Numbered from the stretch's first letter, positions 21,601 to 33,968 are shown. The stretch: DNA of 59,954 nt from Nemertoderma westbladi (GCA_032718475.1 JAUCBJ010006447.1:1-59954); one strand, 5' to 3'. Notes: a model not told the origin generated them from the sequence alone. Numbers and translations are program-made.

Positions 21601-22948
21601 GGATAAGCGGTTGTGTTATAACTGTCTCAGACGCGGACACCAGCGGCGAACCTGTTACTCTGACGCAAGGTGTGCTAAGTGCGGCGCGAAACATCATAGC
21701 TTATTGCACACAGAATTCGAACGAAACCACCCGAGTCAGGTAAGTGAGCCCAAATCACATGTCCAATTCAGTGATGTGAACGACACTGACCAAAGTTCTG
21801 AGTGGGAAGGATTCTATACTGACGAATTCTCTGATGCCAACGAATCCTGTTATCTAATAAACACCGCAGTGTATCGAGCACTTACGTACGAAAAGGACAA
21901 CGACACGGAGTTTCCATCAACCTCCTTGGACAAGCAACCATCTCGGAAAACTCCAACATCCAACATAGGAATACGAGAATTTCCGGTAGTCCAGGTAAGA
22001 GTTCACGGTCCCAACAAAAGTTACATAGTGAACGCCCTCCTTGACTCAGGTAGCACCGGAACATTCATCGACAAGGAGTTAGCCGAGGATATTTTTGCTG
22101 GACAACCCAAATTCCGAACTAAGTTAAATATGTCCGGAATTATGCAGGTTTGGAAATCTACCTTAATGGCAGATTATTATATCGGCGCATTGTCCACTCC
22201 ACAGGATAAATTAGGGGAACAAAGTATAGAGTCAGTAAAAATGGTGGCAATAAAGAACTTCGCTACTACTCAAGTAGAACCTTATGACTGGGACGAGGAC
22301 GAGAACATCCAACATTTGGGAATACCTCGATTCCAAACTGATTATCCTGGAGTACAAATCCTTATCGGCCAAAACGCGCATGAGGCGCTCGAGACGTTAG
22401 AGAAACGGCCTGCTCAACCGCAGCCATTACAACCTTATGCGGTAAGAACTCGAGTAGGTTGGTACTTCACTGGCCCTTCCCGCAGAACCCTTGAAGAAAG
22501 ACTGCCACAAGACCGGATACTTCAAGTAAAAGCTTGGGAAGAGGAGAGCAGTGAGGTGGACGAAGCCACTGAGGGAACAACATACTCCTCAGATAGCGAC
22601 GATATCAACTCCAATGTAGATCAATGGAGACATCGACCCGAGACGATTAATCTAGCCGACATCGCTTCCAGAGGAGTAACTCCTCAAGAACGGATAGATA
22701 CTCCCGGCTGGTTGGGTGGACCCGACTCCCTAAGTAAAGAAGAAGAAGAATGGCCTCCTCATCTTGCCGCGGCGGAGATTAGACAGGCCAAGGGAGCGGA
22801 GGAAATATCACGACGGCCTAATCGCCCAGCTGGTCGTTTAGGTTTACCGGGAAGAGACCGAAAACTGTCCGGAAACCATGGAAGGCAAGATACTCTTCCT
22901 ACGACCACTTCCCTAATTCGACAAATATCTAGGGACTCCATCACGTAA
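18659..22948 (+). CDS. BEL/Pao Gag plus aspartic protease with vestigial pol fragments
   Basis: DUF1759-like KFNGDEMKWLPF..EKLRFL..CLEG; triple knuckle CALC..H..C, CYNC..GH..C, CAKC..HH..LH; protease ALLDSGS; remnants QWRH..NLADIASRG..WLGGP and GR..PGRD; no YxDD or integrase core. Confidence 0.9.
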   Translation: MSDTTQSLSDSLLESVRMTVRQCLKKSSDPDQNIEHPRHRSKSPPTVRKAIPTVIVSDPRLIHHRSIIGTRAQVKRNLEEAVLSQQHPDREPSPQRPDSSSSSETVERTPERGAKIADTVCDERPTFEESTDAPSSQVESEVESEVESELTSTEKPRTRDAIDTYLSDYQRFIGDEELRRRLHGFTPNSAGAKRVLDELDAEMLAKDQAKFDEERRIARAQEIQVQKKQIEDRKAVAAAEAEAARKLAAAEAEAARKLAEAASKLAEAEAARKLAEAEAERKLAEAEKRASDEIAQLELANLQETHDYINKRDTESRMKILSRSTSKRQGYTSSEEGDTTDPEGGGNRSRLSRRKRMSPRQRLPDLPPAVRRQISSTAVASTEPTDQTITITRLPTIVDEPEIIRPVLENTPSVRETPVLPKPTTKFPLHSTIKLTVPGGAAQVPVLETEGDIQSLSPVVPMRPATTLATPASAVEWVEKGRREMSLLLGQMREQRDCSSQQIRDLEGTVYQLKGTVRDSRIELQEVQQNIAFERDKLVNIQRGIPTPPVTLCQPARSEVYHARGVSPTRIYTASKVETPPITLSQPVRSEVHHAQGVSPIRIYTASEVETPLVNPITGDYKPVNNDIPYRPDNDLKNLYTDNSILNNTMAQESFTRQMARTEARQAVKVGEIVKFNGDEMKWLPFKEYYEDSIQNSVLSSGEKLRFLIKCLEGPPKLMALKFIGHPNGLRQVWDTLNTRYGNKDNIAKYLYAKLVAPRKFLSNEIIEFSDEIQEICRQLDWLGKSHEYQSSMVIGAIVSTLPKGGVCTRWDKKVLHMMEQQRRSPTMVDLMSFLDREVKLQLIKQSREKTSENQVSEKPVSRKRIIPVCYTDDGESQTSHEEDSGKDTARSCDDHKTPRDVSKYQPRTNDRRDKLTKTPPQSPKGIQVSKPEERAKVHSIAQVKVSNIKPKCALCDGPHRLSACAEFQKKSLADRRGVLWDKRLCYNCLRRGHQRRTCYSDARCAKCGAKHHSLLHTEFERNHPSQVSEPKSHVQFSDVNDTDQSSEWEGFYTDEFSDANESCYLINTAVYRALTYEKDNDTEFPSTSLDKQPSRKTPTSNIGIREFPVVQVRVHGPNKSYIVNALLDSGSTGTFIDKELAEDIFAGQPKFRTKLNMSGIMQVWKSTLMADYYIGALSTPQDKLGEQSIESVKMVAIKNFATTQVEPYDWDEDENIQHLGIPRFQTDYPGVQILIGQNAHEALETLEKRPAQPQPLQPYAVRTRVGWYFTGPSRRTLEERLPQDRILQVKAWEEESSEVDEATEGTTYSSDSDDINSNVDQWRHRPETINLADIASRGVTPQERIDTPGWLGGPDSLSKEEEEWPPHLAAAEIRQAKGAEEISRRPNRPAGRLGLPGRDRKLSGNHGRQDTLPTTTSLIRQISRDSIT

Positions 22949-24566
22949 TAATATATGGAGTGGGTGTGTGACTATATTATTTTATATTTGTTTTTATTTT
23001 ATATTTATGTATGTATTACTATGTATTTTATTATAATCGTTTTATTTAATTTTATTTAGTAGAGTGTTATTTTAGATTATTTAGTAGATTAGTGCAATAT
23101 ATTAGTGTTTATTACGTAATTACATAATATACTTAGTGCGACGGCGAGAAATAATTATTTTCTCTTTCCTTACTGTCCGTATTATATTATAAATGCGAGA
23201 CTACAGTAAGATGAAATGTCCGTACTTATTAAAGTACAATAAAGCCACTACTATATTTTCAGTACTATTGGTAGGCAGAGTATTAGGAATGCAAAGTTCA
23301 GATCCTCGTGTCTCGGCTAAACCAAGCTCTGGGTAGACCTTGGAAACGACTTGCCTCTTCACACTGACATTGCCTTGTGCGATATTGCTCTTCTACCTAT
23401 ATTAAATAATACATATAGTAGCGTGATGTCCCTTTAACAGTAGCGTATAACGCAAAATAAATCTGTTAAACCTTTTTGACCATCTGTAATTCTAGTCGAT
23501 TAAGATATCGTGGCACCCACCGATATACTTGAAAGACAAATTCTAGAATCAGTGGTTAACGTCCCCAGACAAGTTCTGGAATAAATCGGTGCCCATCTTA
23601 AATATTAATTTAATATTTATTAAATCTGTCAAATTCAGATCCTTTAAAATTTCTAGTCAATTAAGATATCGTAGCACTTACCGGTATTCTTAAAAGACCA
23701 TTTTATAGAATTAAGGATCTTATGTCCCCAGATATGTTCTGGAATCAAAATTGTGTCAATTTTACCATCAAATAATTAAATTCAAGGGAATAAGTTTAAA
23801 ATTCATATTTTTATGAATTTAATAAATTGTCATTTTGCACAATTTCTAATATTCCCAAAATTCCACTAATTAATAGATCACGGGAGCGGAGATTCACCCT
23901 ATTGAGTGTGCTAAAGTGCGAGAATCTCCAACATATAGTCAATAGCCGATAAAATTCCTAAAATCATGTATAAAGAGGATATTGACAAACTAAAGACTTA
24001 CTATCAAACAACATCCCAGATCTGTATGCATGAGAATTACCCTAATTCTACCGCTAGCTTTACATAATGTCACCATAGCAACACCCACGCTAGAATTAGA
24101 AACGAGTTAACAGAACAATAGAAAGCTTGCCCATTGCCTAGCATAGTGATTACATAGCACACTGTTGGTATCCAAGGATACACAATAACAACGTGACATT
24201 TTGGAAAGCACTGACTAACGGACAAGTGGCCTGTATGATTGTAGTTGGTAGCTGTTGTGTGGAATTTGTGCGTTTGTAGGTGAATGTTACTGCTAAAGTG
24301 TGTTTACCGTAGCTAGTCGCAATTGTAAAGTAGCCCAACTCTCCCATAGCAAGAACCTCAAGTGATTTCAAGACTTTGGGACGGACAGTGGAGTGACTTG
24401 TGCCGGTTATCGTTGTCGTGCTGTTGCCACAACGTTGGCGTAAACACGCGACAACGGTGCATCGGCGCTGAGGATCCCACTGTCCGGGGGCAGAGAGGGT
24501 TAGGCAGCGACGCCCGCTCGCCTAAAGCCAAACTCCTTCTAATATTGGTAAACTCATATAACAGAT

Positions 24567-24989
24567 ATGACGGAGTTGATAGAAGATGATCTTGGTATTA
24601 GAGAGGGATATACTCTACCTTTACAAGCGTTTGTGGATAGCTTGATACGCGGTGAAGCTGATCCAACTACTACCGAGGACGATGGTAGTTATATCGAACC
24701 ACCTATGTCCCAGGAGCAACTTGCGCGTGGGTTGGACTGTAGCAAGTTCACCGCTCGCTATACGCATATTAATGGTATGTATATGGACTTCTTAACTACC
24801 GGCTATTCTATCGACTTACACGATACGGACTATGTCAACACAAAAGGGAAATGGTATTATTTAAATATCCTACCCAGCGGAGTCGTAACAATGAACTTAA
24901 ATTCGAATGCGAAAATTCTATTCGAAGTCTACGCGAAAGAAAAGACGTTCAAGAAGCGGATAAACGCGGTAACTCCAACGTATGTTTAG
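24567..24989 (+). CDS. Unknown accessory ORF A of the LTR element (frameshift near 24845)
   Basis: 62/88 aa identical (hand count) to ORF 48446-48979; homology continues in another frame (EMVLFKYPTQRSRNN vs EMVLFKFHAQRSRNN). Confidence 0.7.
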   Translation: MTELIEDDLGIREGYTLPLQAFVDSLIRGEADPTTTEDDGSYIEPPMSQEQLARGLDCSKFTARYTHINGMYMDFLTTGYSIDLHDTDYVNTKGKWYYLNILPSGVVTMNLNSNAKILFEVYAKEKTFKKRINAVTPTYV

Positions 24990-25612
24990 AATTCTTGAGA
25001 GAAGCATTGTGACACCAAATAAATATCACCCGCGTTTCCCCTACAAGACGTGTGTCTTGGTATTATTACGATGAATGCCTAAGACCAACCAACAAACGGA
25101 GAGACATAAACGTCAACGGAGACGAAGCTTTAAACACGGTTTGCTCGCTGTGTTTGCGGGAGTTTCGGGAGAAACTTATTCGATGTGTCACCCACGCTCT
25201 CTCGGCTCGGGCGATCCTTGAGTAGACCTATGATCTGAGTTCCGGAATGCTCGGTCAGACCTCCTCCTTCCTTAGTTAGACCTCGGACTCTTGATCCTAA
25301 TAGTATCGCGGATCCTCATGAACTGTGCTTACCGTTCCGAGATCCAGTGTTGCCCGAGCCGTTGGTTGGTGGCACTCAGGTTAATGGCTCCCTAAATATC
25401 CGCCTATCTTACCTGGCCGGATTGAGGCACGGACACCCGTTGTTGCCATTCAACCGTGTAATCGGGATCGTTCCCGTTTAACCCGCTACCACCCGTCATC
25501 AAGGTGGAGGAGAGCGTTGTCCGAAACGAGTTAGACGCTATTCCACAAAGATCAGGAAAGAAACCTGCGTTTGTTCAGATAACTTAAACTAATCTCTAAG
25601 AAGATATCGAAC

Positions 25613-25864
25613 TTGGACGACTCTATTCTCCGCGAGATTTTTGGACGAATGTATCCACCGACGAGCAGAGGAAAATCAGCTCGAGGAGAAGCATATCGAA
25701 ACGGCGGATACCCCGACTATAAGCCTGCACCCTCTGATGCAATTATATTGCACCTTTCACCCAGGAGCTATAGCCCTCCTTGTAAAGTGGTTCGCCCCAA
25801 AGAGAAAAGGACTCTGGCCAGCTTTAAAAAACTGCGTAAATGCCGTCCGCGCAAGAAAGACTAA
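25613..25864 (+). CDS. Unknown basic accessory ORF C next to the 3' LTR
   Basis: PSDAIILHLSPRSYSPPCKV...FKKLRK matches PSDAIVLHPSRRSYSPPSKV...FKKLHK in ORF 47076-47504; start uncertain. Confidence 0.5.
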   Translation: MDDSILREIFGRMYPPTSRGKSARGEAYRNGGYPDYKPAPSDAIILHLSPRSYSPPCKVVRPKEKRTLASFKKLRKCRPRKKD

Positions 25865-25942
25865 CGGTTTAGAGTATTTATGTATATTAGAAACTGTGAT
25901 CTCGTATATTTTATAGACTTCAATCCCATTTTCTGGGAGCGG

Positions 25943-27218
25943 TGTAAAAGCTTCTGTGGGATGCAACTGGTCCTTCGCCCCGCGATCCAGTTTTCCCCCC
26001 ATACGCTAAAATACTCTGAAACCTGCTGTAAAAGCGTTTACAGATATAATTGGATCCCCTAGCCCTCGGGGTGCTGTATAAGTGTTTTTAACGGACATAA
26101 AATAGATTCTTCTGAATGTGTGCTTTATGCGGACGTAGCAGGGTACAAACCCCGCAATGCGGCATTTCACTGTCACTATGTCAAGGGAAGGATTCTGATT
26201 ACGACATCTCCCAGCTGGATGATGACGTGGAGGGAGCTCTCATTGGACTCCTGGTTCCTTTGTTTTGGTCTAACAACCAATCAGGGCGATTTGCGTTTTC
26301 CTTGAAGAGATACCTACAGCAGCTCCCAAACTCAGTGTTTATGTCGTTCCATACTGCCTGAAGATCGGCTGGAATGACGCAATGTTTCTGCCCTTTTGTA
26401 AGAACATTAGTAGGCTAAATTATAGAAAGCATAGCTATTATCGCTATTAACAAATCAACTCGATTCATATCACTTTATATCGATCTTAATTCAATGCAAT
26501 CTAATTATATCTTAACCTACCGTCATACTGCTTTTACTGTTTGTAATTTGTATCAGTATAATTGGATGTTTTTATTTGAAGAATATCAATAATCAACCCA
26601 CATTTTCCCAATATCTTTGATACACTACAGGTTAGAGAGAAAGGTTATGTACAACAATTGCGACTTTATTATTGTGTTTGTAGTGAATCTAATGTTGTTT
26701 GACAGACACTACCTGAGTCCAGTGCATATCTCTTTATACCTGATCAAAGTCAGTAACTGTCGGCATATCAGTGAGCAGTGTTGTGCGTTACCGGTAGCGT
26801 GCGTGATTGTAAAGTGATTGGATCTGATAATAAAGCATTCCTAAAGAATGCGCCCTATGCTTGAAATTTAAGCCATATCGTTGTGTGTAGTATCAGTCAG
26901 AACTCTGTTTACATAGGTAGAGCGCCACGTCCTAAAAGGAACTGCTAATATTTCCCGAAAGTGAATAATATTTGTCAGAGATTATATATTAGTAATCAAT
27001 CGAATAATACAGTAGGCTTGACCGCAAATAAATTTAAGCCCACGAATCCAGTCTCCCGGTGTTATAAACGGGTCATTTGGACGCGCATGGACTGGCTTCG
27101 GCTAATGTTTTTGGTTTGTTTTGTATTAAATCTTGTCATCTTATAAAAGGCAGTTTATCAATAAAGACATATAAATTTCGGCAGGTTAAACTGCTGAAGG
27201 TCTATAAAAGCGCGTACA
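25943..27218 (+). repeat. 3' LTR (1276 bp)
   Basis: Direct repeat of 15390-16665 followed by TSD ACATA. Confidence 0.95.
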
Positions 27219-27781
27219 ACATAGACTCCAAATTTTCATGATATATCCATGGGCTAATTAATTTATTGGTCACTAATATTTATAAGTATTAAATAAATAT
27301 TAAATTACTCATAAATAAAATTTTCGTTGATAAATTTTTTAATTTTACCCGAAATCGGATCGTTTTGGGTCAAAGAGTCACAAAATATAACCCAAATTCT
27401 TGGGCTAATTTTTTCGACTAAATCTGTATTCAGCCCCAGGGTGCTCCCTGGGAGAGGAGACTGGCTCCCACTCAAATTCTATTTATTTCTGAAACGTCGA
27501 TTACGATTGGTTAAAAGGTAATTTTAAGGAAAGAGAATAATTATATTTGCAATTCCCGCGATTAAATAATAACAATGAACAAAACTCAAATACTCTTATT
27601 GTATTGTGAAGCAAACAGTCGTCCAATGTGATGTTGCATTATTTTGTTAGAAATGTTTCTTATCGCAGGTGTTTAAGATCATCTCAACATATCAAACTTT
27701 TAGAAACATTCTAGATTCTCCCCAAATACTGTATATATTTCGGTATCTTTTTTGTTTAACTCAGCCTCCTTTGTGTGCATG

Positions 27782-30114
27782 CACAGTGGGGCTTAACTTG
27801 GTTTTTGGCAAAGGTTGGACCCCATTCATGAAAATAAGTTTTTTGAGCTTAGTTGGTCCCCTAATGTAAAAATTGACAAAAATTAAAATATTTCATGGGT
27901 GGCTTTTTAAATTAATACTATTTAAGTAATTATTTAATACTAATCATATTACTAAATTTCATCACTTACTCCCCCAAACAAATTGACAGATTTATTTTGC
28001 TCCATTGGTGTCACATTGTACAAAAAATAAAAAAATTTAAAATTTCATGGGTGGCTTTTAATATAAATGCTATTTAATTATTTATTTAATACTAAATATT
28101 ATTACCTTTAACAAAGGATGTTACCCCATTCATGAAAACAAGTTTTTTTTGCTCTAATCATGTATCAATGAATAGAATATAAAAAAATTAGAAAGTTTCA
28201 TGGGTGGCTTTTAATATAAATTATATTTAATTATTTATTTAATACTAAATATTATTACCTTTAACAAAGGATGTTTGTTACTCTATCCCATTCATGAAAA
28301 CAAGTTTTTTGGCTCCAAGCATGTCTTGATGAATAAAATATAAAAAATTAGAAAGTTTCATGGGTGGATTTTAATATAAATTATATTTAATTATTTATTT
28401 AATACTAAATATTATTACCTTTAACAAAGGATGTTTGTTACTCTATCCCATTCATGAAAACAAGTTTTTTGGCTCCATGCATGTCTTGATGATTATAATA
28501 TTAAAAAAATAGAAAGTTTCATTGGTAATTTTTAATAATACAACTATTTATTTATCCAATTAATACTAAATATATGTAATTATTTTGATATACAGTACAG
28601 TATACTCCATTAAAAACCAAAAATAGTTTATACATGTTTCGAATTATATTCCTTAACTGCTCGAAGTATCTAATTTGCGTATCTTGGATGACTTTCTAAA
28701 ACTTTATAATTTTTTTCAAAGTCCGCATGGACTTCTTCTGATGCTTGTTCAGAAAATTAACCCAAACTTAGAATGATGTGGCATTTTTCAGGAACGAAAT
28801 AAACATTTCAGTCCACTAACAACATTAGTCTATATAGGCCTACATGTATAGGCCTACATTAAGGTATATCAGATAATGGCGCACCATTATCTGCAGTGTG
28901 TAAGATTAAGTAAGAAATAAAATTAAATAGTTTATGATGTTTTATAAATTTATAATAAGATCGATGTTCTTATTTTATATTTAACTTAAGAACCACTTAA
29001 GAATGAATGAATGAAAAATATGCCTTAAAAATAAACAATTATATAGAGAGAGTACACATTGTGTCTTATTACCTACAACTACTCAGTACAGTTGTAGGTA
29101 AGACACAATGATTATTGATACAATGTTACTGACCACCAGTTGAGGAATTATATTAATAAAAAAAGTAAATAAATACGTAGATTATAGATAAAATGTTTGA
29201 AAATATGGGATTTTTTATGAAGATTGTGGTCTGGTCCATATCTTACAACTGCTGATCTACGCCAGTCCTTCATTGTATAAACAATGAGGTTATATACTGT
29301 ATAGATATATATATATAAGTAATAATATTTAGTATTAATTGAATAATAAAATAGTTGTAATATTAAACGCCACCCAGGAAACTTTCTAATTTTTTATATT
29401 TTATTCATCAAGACATGCTTGAAGCCAAAAAAACTAGTTTTCATGTATGGGAAAGAGTACCAATCATCCTTTGTTAAATGTAATAATATTTAGTATTAAA
29501 TAAATAATTAAATAGCATTTATATTAAAAGCCACCCATGAAACTTTCTAATTTTTTATATTTTATTCATCAAGACATGCTTGGAGCCAAACAAACTTGTT
29601 TTCATGTATGGGATGGGGTAACAAACATCCTTAGTTAAAGGTAATAATATTTAGTATTAAATAAATAATTAAATAGCATTTATATTAAAAGCCACCCATG
29701 AAACTTTCTAATTTTTTATATTTTATTCATCGAGACATGATTAGAGCAAAAAAACTTGTTTTCAGGAATGGGGTAACATCCTTTGTTAAAGGTAATAATA
29801 TTTAGTATTAAATAAATAATTAAATAGCATTATATTAAAAGCCACCCATGAAATTTTAAATTTTTTTATTTTTTGTACAATGTGACACCAATGGAGCAAA
29901 ATAAACCTGTCAATATGTTTGGGGGAGTAAGTGTTGAAATTTAGTAATATGATTAGTGTTAAATAATTACTTAAATAGTATTAATATAAAAAGCCACCCA
30001 TGAAATATTTTAATTTTTGTCAATTTTTACATTAGGGGACCAACTAAGCTCAAAAAACTTATTTTCATGAACGGGGTCCAACCTTTGCCAAAAACCAAGT
30101 TAAGCCCCACTGTG
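27782..30114. mobile_element. Foldback-like non-autonomous DNA transposon with CACAGTG termini (Chapaev/Transib-like)
   Basis: About 800-bp inverted arms built from about 180-bp subrepeats; CACAGTG...CACTGTG ends; 4-bp CATG on both flanks. Confidence 0.85.
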
Positions 30115-30339
30115 CATGGTTACAACTCCTTAGATTTTAAGAACGCCTTGATTGTAAGGGGGGGGGGGGGGGGGGGGGGGGGGTATCTCATGTATATACA
30201 GTACTGTAGGACTAGGATTACTACATCACATACCGGTGATGAACTGAATATTCTTCACAGCTCTTCGTGTATGTACTTTCATGGATCGGCGTCGCAAAGG
30301 AGAAACCATTCTGTGCTGGAAACCCGAACCTTGGCTGAT

Positions 30340-31098
30340 ACTGCTGGACAAAGGACTAAAATAAAACATTGCAATTATAGGAAAAATTCAAAATGTAAAA
30401 TCAAACAGTTACGAGATCCAGGGTTGAATAAAACTGTGCATGACCCCAAGGTCATTGCAACATTATTTAATAAAACTTTCATAGACCTCGGTAACTTCTT
30501 AGACCTTAATGATATCCCCTATAAACTACATGCAGATAACACCACTTATAACAATTTCAGTTTCAATTACATTGACACGATCACGGTGTCCGATATAATC
30601 TCAAAAATCAATATGACCAAATCCCAATGTGACCATAATCATAAAATTAATAGAACCGAAATAACATTCATCCTTACAAATTTGATTAATAAATCTATAA
30701 CAAAATCGTAATTCCCATCCAGACCAAAATTAGCCTTTGTAACTCCTGTATATAAAAAGGGGGACAAGGAGATACCTAAAAATTATAGACCAATTTCCGT
30801 TACTTTAACATTTACAAAAATCTATGAACCTGCTCTACTCTATATAACCAACTAATTAAATACCTTACAAAAAATAATTTAGCTCCACCATAAACTCCAC
30901 CATAAACAATTCGGATTTAGGAATCATTCTCTACAATAGTGATGCAATAATGCATGCAACGGGAAAATTTCGGTCAGAACTAGACACTGGTAATTATGTC
31001 GCTGTCGCAGCGTTGGACTTTAGTAAATAAAGCCTTTGATTCCCTGAATCACGAAATATTATTATTAGTAAAACTAGTAAAATTAGTTATTATTATTA

Positions 31099-31129
<31 letters not shown>

Positions 31130-31309
31130 GTAAAACTGAAAGACTATGATTTCACACAACTGCAGTATCACTTATGGGAAGTTACTTACATCAACGTAAA
31201 CAAAAGTTAAAAATAAATGATAAATTGTCGGATTGGGAAAAAACTGTTAGGGGTATTCCACAAGCGACAGTGCTTGGTCCATTACTTTTCCTAGTTTACG
31301 TTAACGACT
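30340..31309 (+). pseudogene. Degenerate LINE (CR1/L2-like) reverse transcriptase fragment
   Basis: PVYKKGD..NYRPIS, LD.SKAFDSL, GIPQATVLGPLLFLVYVND with stops and frameshifts; continues after 33968 (NDIAASQDLEFIQY, then a DDT remnant). Confidence 0.85.
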
Positions 31310-33968
31310 CAGTGGCGCAGGCAGGGGGGGGGGGGGGGGGTGAAAAAATTCACCAACTATCGTTTTTACTAGAAACTATTAAACACACAACCAATGGCAT
31401 AGAAGAATAAAATTCAACAGGAACTTCAACAGTAAATTCAACAATAAACAACCATCTTTACAAAAAAAATTAATTTCACTGTCAATAAACTGAAACTTTT
31501 TTACAGATCGGCAAACTGAGTTGATCTACAAGTTACTGACAAAGATGCTCAACAATGTTGCCATGTGTAATCCGGAGTTTATAGCCCTTGTTGTCAATAT
31601 TCATTCCAGAACATCTATTTATTTAACGTGGAGTGAATCAGAATCATTAGCTACTGTAGTAGTGGCAGAAACAAATAGAAACATAGTGAAGTGAATGTGA
31701 GTGAGTTGATTCTATTGGCTGTCTGGCAACTGGCATAGCCGGCATAGCTCATGAGCAGGCAGGGCTTTCATCCAATGCTAACATGTATTGTAACTATACA
31801 ATGTTAATTCCACTGAAACAAAATAGGAGGGCCCTTAGTATAGTAGTAGTAGTCAAACGGGAGTGGTAGCCAACGTCGTAAATATTCATTCCAGAACATG
31901 TATTTATTTAACATGGGGTGCATCCAGTAAGCAACCGAGGGTGGACTCTCTATAGCCGAGGGGCACTTGTATAATAACTAATAATCACGAACCCCGTCCT
32001 CTTGTAATATACACCTAACTCTGCAGTAGTCAGTAGTAGTTTTATTATTAGTAGTATTATAGTATATTAGTATTGTAGTATTAGTAGTATTAGTATTGTA
32101 TTAGTAGTGTATTAGTATTATAGTGTATTAGTATATTATAGTATTGTAGTATTATAGTTTTAGAAATTGAGTGATATACCCAAGATAGTGAAATAGACAA
32201 TATACCAGAAATTGCCATTTGATCAGATGTATCAAAGCGGCGTCTTTAGTATAATACAATTCACTCTGTTATACAATGTAAATATACTAAATCTATTATA
32301 TAAATATATTATGAGCCCTACATTGTATATTTCTCTACAGGTAGACAATGTAGTATGTTAAAACTTGATATAATTTGGTATAATGTATAACATACTACAA
32401 ATAAGACTGAGGCAGCTAAACTATATTGCAAAGAAATCAAATATCCTAAAGTAATATACTAGACCCTCCCTCCACCCTATAAATAGTGTTCACCCCCTAC
32501 CCCACCCACCACCCTTATTACTACATAATAATGAAAGATAGTACTGGCGCTCCGGTCACTCCGTTCCCTCCGCTGGGGGGGTTAAGTACTAGGTTTTGAC
32601 ACTATGCAAAATCCGAGCACAGAGTTAGAAGCGCATTGGATAGGCGAACATTTCTTGCAGTGAAAGTATTTCCATATCTGTTATAGTTTTCGAGAAAGTC
32701 AGACATGAGTAGCAAAAATTTGAATTTTTTTCGGTAAAGTCTGATTTCACCGGTACCTGTCATCCGAAATAAGGATTATGATATATCGTTAGATGCGGGT
32801 CCACTAACTGTACATTCACATTTTTTCAAGAAAAAAATTCGATCAAGGGTTTTTGAAATATTTTCGAATTACCGGAAGCAGACTTTGGACGACCATATCT
32901 CCGGTACCGGTAGGCCTATTGAGTCGAAATTTTTTTTAATCTACTTAGAACACTCCAGTGAATGTTTTTTAGTTTGAAAGTTTTGCCCCAAAATGCTTAG
33001 AAGTAATTTCGAAAAAACTGATCATTTCGCGATCATGATCTTTTGACCCCCTAGAATTGTACTTTTTTATGGTCAAATTTTGGCTACCCCCCCTAATTCG
33101 AGGGTGAGGAATCTTTTTGTAATGTTAAGTTTTTTCATACGGTGAACTCACAGGACTTGGTCTTCGAAATAAAACCGAAAACATGATCTTTCCTGATCAT
33201 GGCCTGATCAAATCGCTTTTTGAAAATTTCGAAATGCCCAAAAGTTGCCGCTTCTTAATAGAAGTCGATTAGTAAAAAAAAAATCGGGGGTCTCAAACAA
33301 AGTTTTCGAGAAAATCGGGAAAAACCGAAAAACACAATCTTTTATGATCAGGTATCAGATCTCGAGAACCGGTTGTCCGATCGAGCCAATTTTTTTTTTA
33401 ATCAACTCAGAATAGACCATTGAACATTTCTTACAATGAATGTTTATTAGAAAAATGCTTAGATTCGATTTTAAATATACTGATCTTTTCGCGATCATGA
33501 TCTCGAGTTTTGACCCACTAGACTTGAACTTTTTTATGCCCAAATTTTGGCTACCCCCCATAATTCGAGGGTGAGGAATCTTTTTGTGATGTTAAGTTTT
33601 TCCATACGGTGAACTCCCAGGACTTGGTCTTCGAAATAAAACCAAAAACACGATCTTTTCTGATCGCGGCCTGATCAAATCGCTTTTTGAAAATTTCGAA
33701 ATGCTCAAAAGTTGCCCCTTCATCATAGAAGTCGATTCGTAAAAAAAAATCTGGGGTCTCAAACAAAGTTTTCGAGAAAATTAAAAATATTAATTTTACT
33801 TTTCAATTAAAAGAGCAAAATTTGAAACTGTTATTGGCATACTAAACAGCATAATATAACCAAAAACAACTTAACACAGTTATCATTGAAATTAAGAAAG
33901 TATTCCTGACCAAAAGGAAATATTTTTGCCTGAGCCCCTACCTTGGAGAAATCTTGGCTGCGCCACTG
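31310..33968. mobile_element. hAT-like non-autonomous insertion splitting the LINE
   Basis: TIRs cagtggcgcag / ctgcgccactg; flanks aacgact and aacgacat (imperfect 8-bp TSD); internal diverged direct repeat about 33020-33310 and 33480-33780. Confidence 0.75.

Larger units (their letters stand above)
15390..27218 (+). mobile_element. Complete non-autonomous BEL/Pao-type LTR retrotransposon (11.8 kb)
   Basis: TG...CA LTRs offset by 10553 bp, 5-bp TSD ACATA (15385-15389 and 27219-27223), purine tract gggagcgg before the 3' LTR, BEL-type gag. Confidence 0.95.

Noticed and set aside
24468-24500. Hammerhead ribozyme (CTGAGGA)
   Set aside because: No GAAA core after stem II, and the sister copy reads TTGAGGA.
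32030-32165. tagtat-rich tract
   Set aside because: Ordinary low-complexity sequence.
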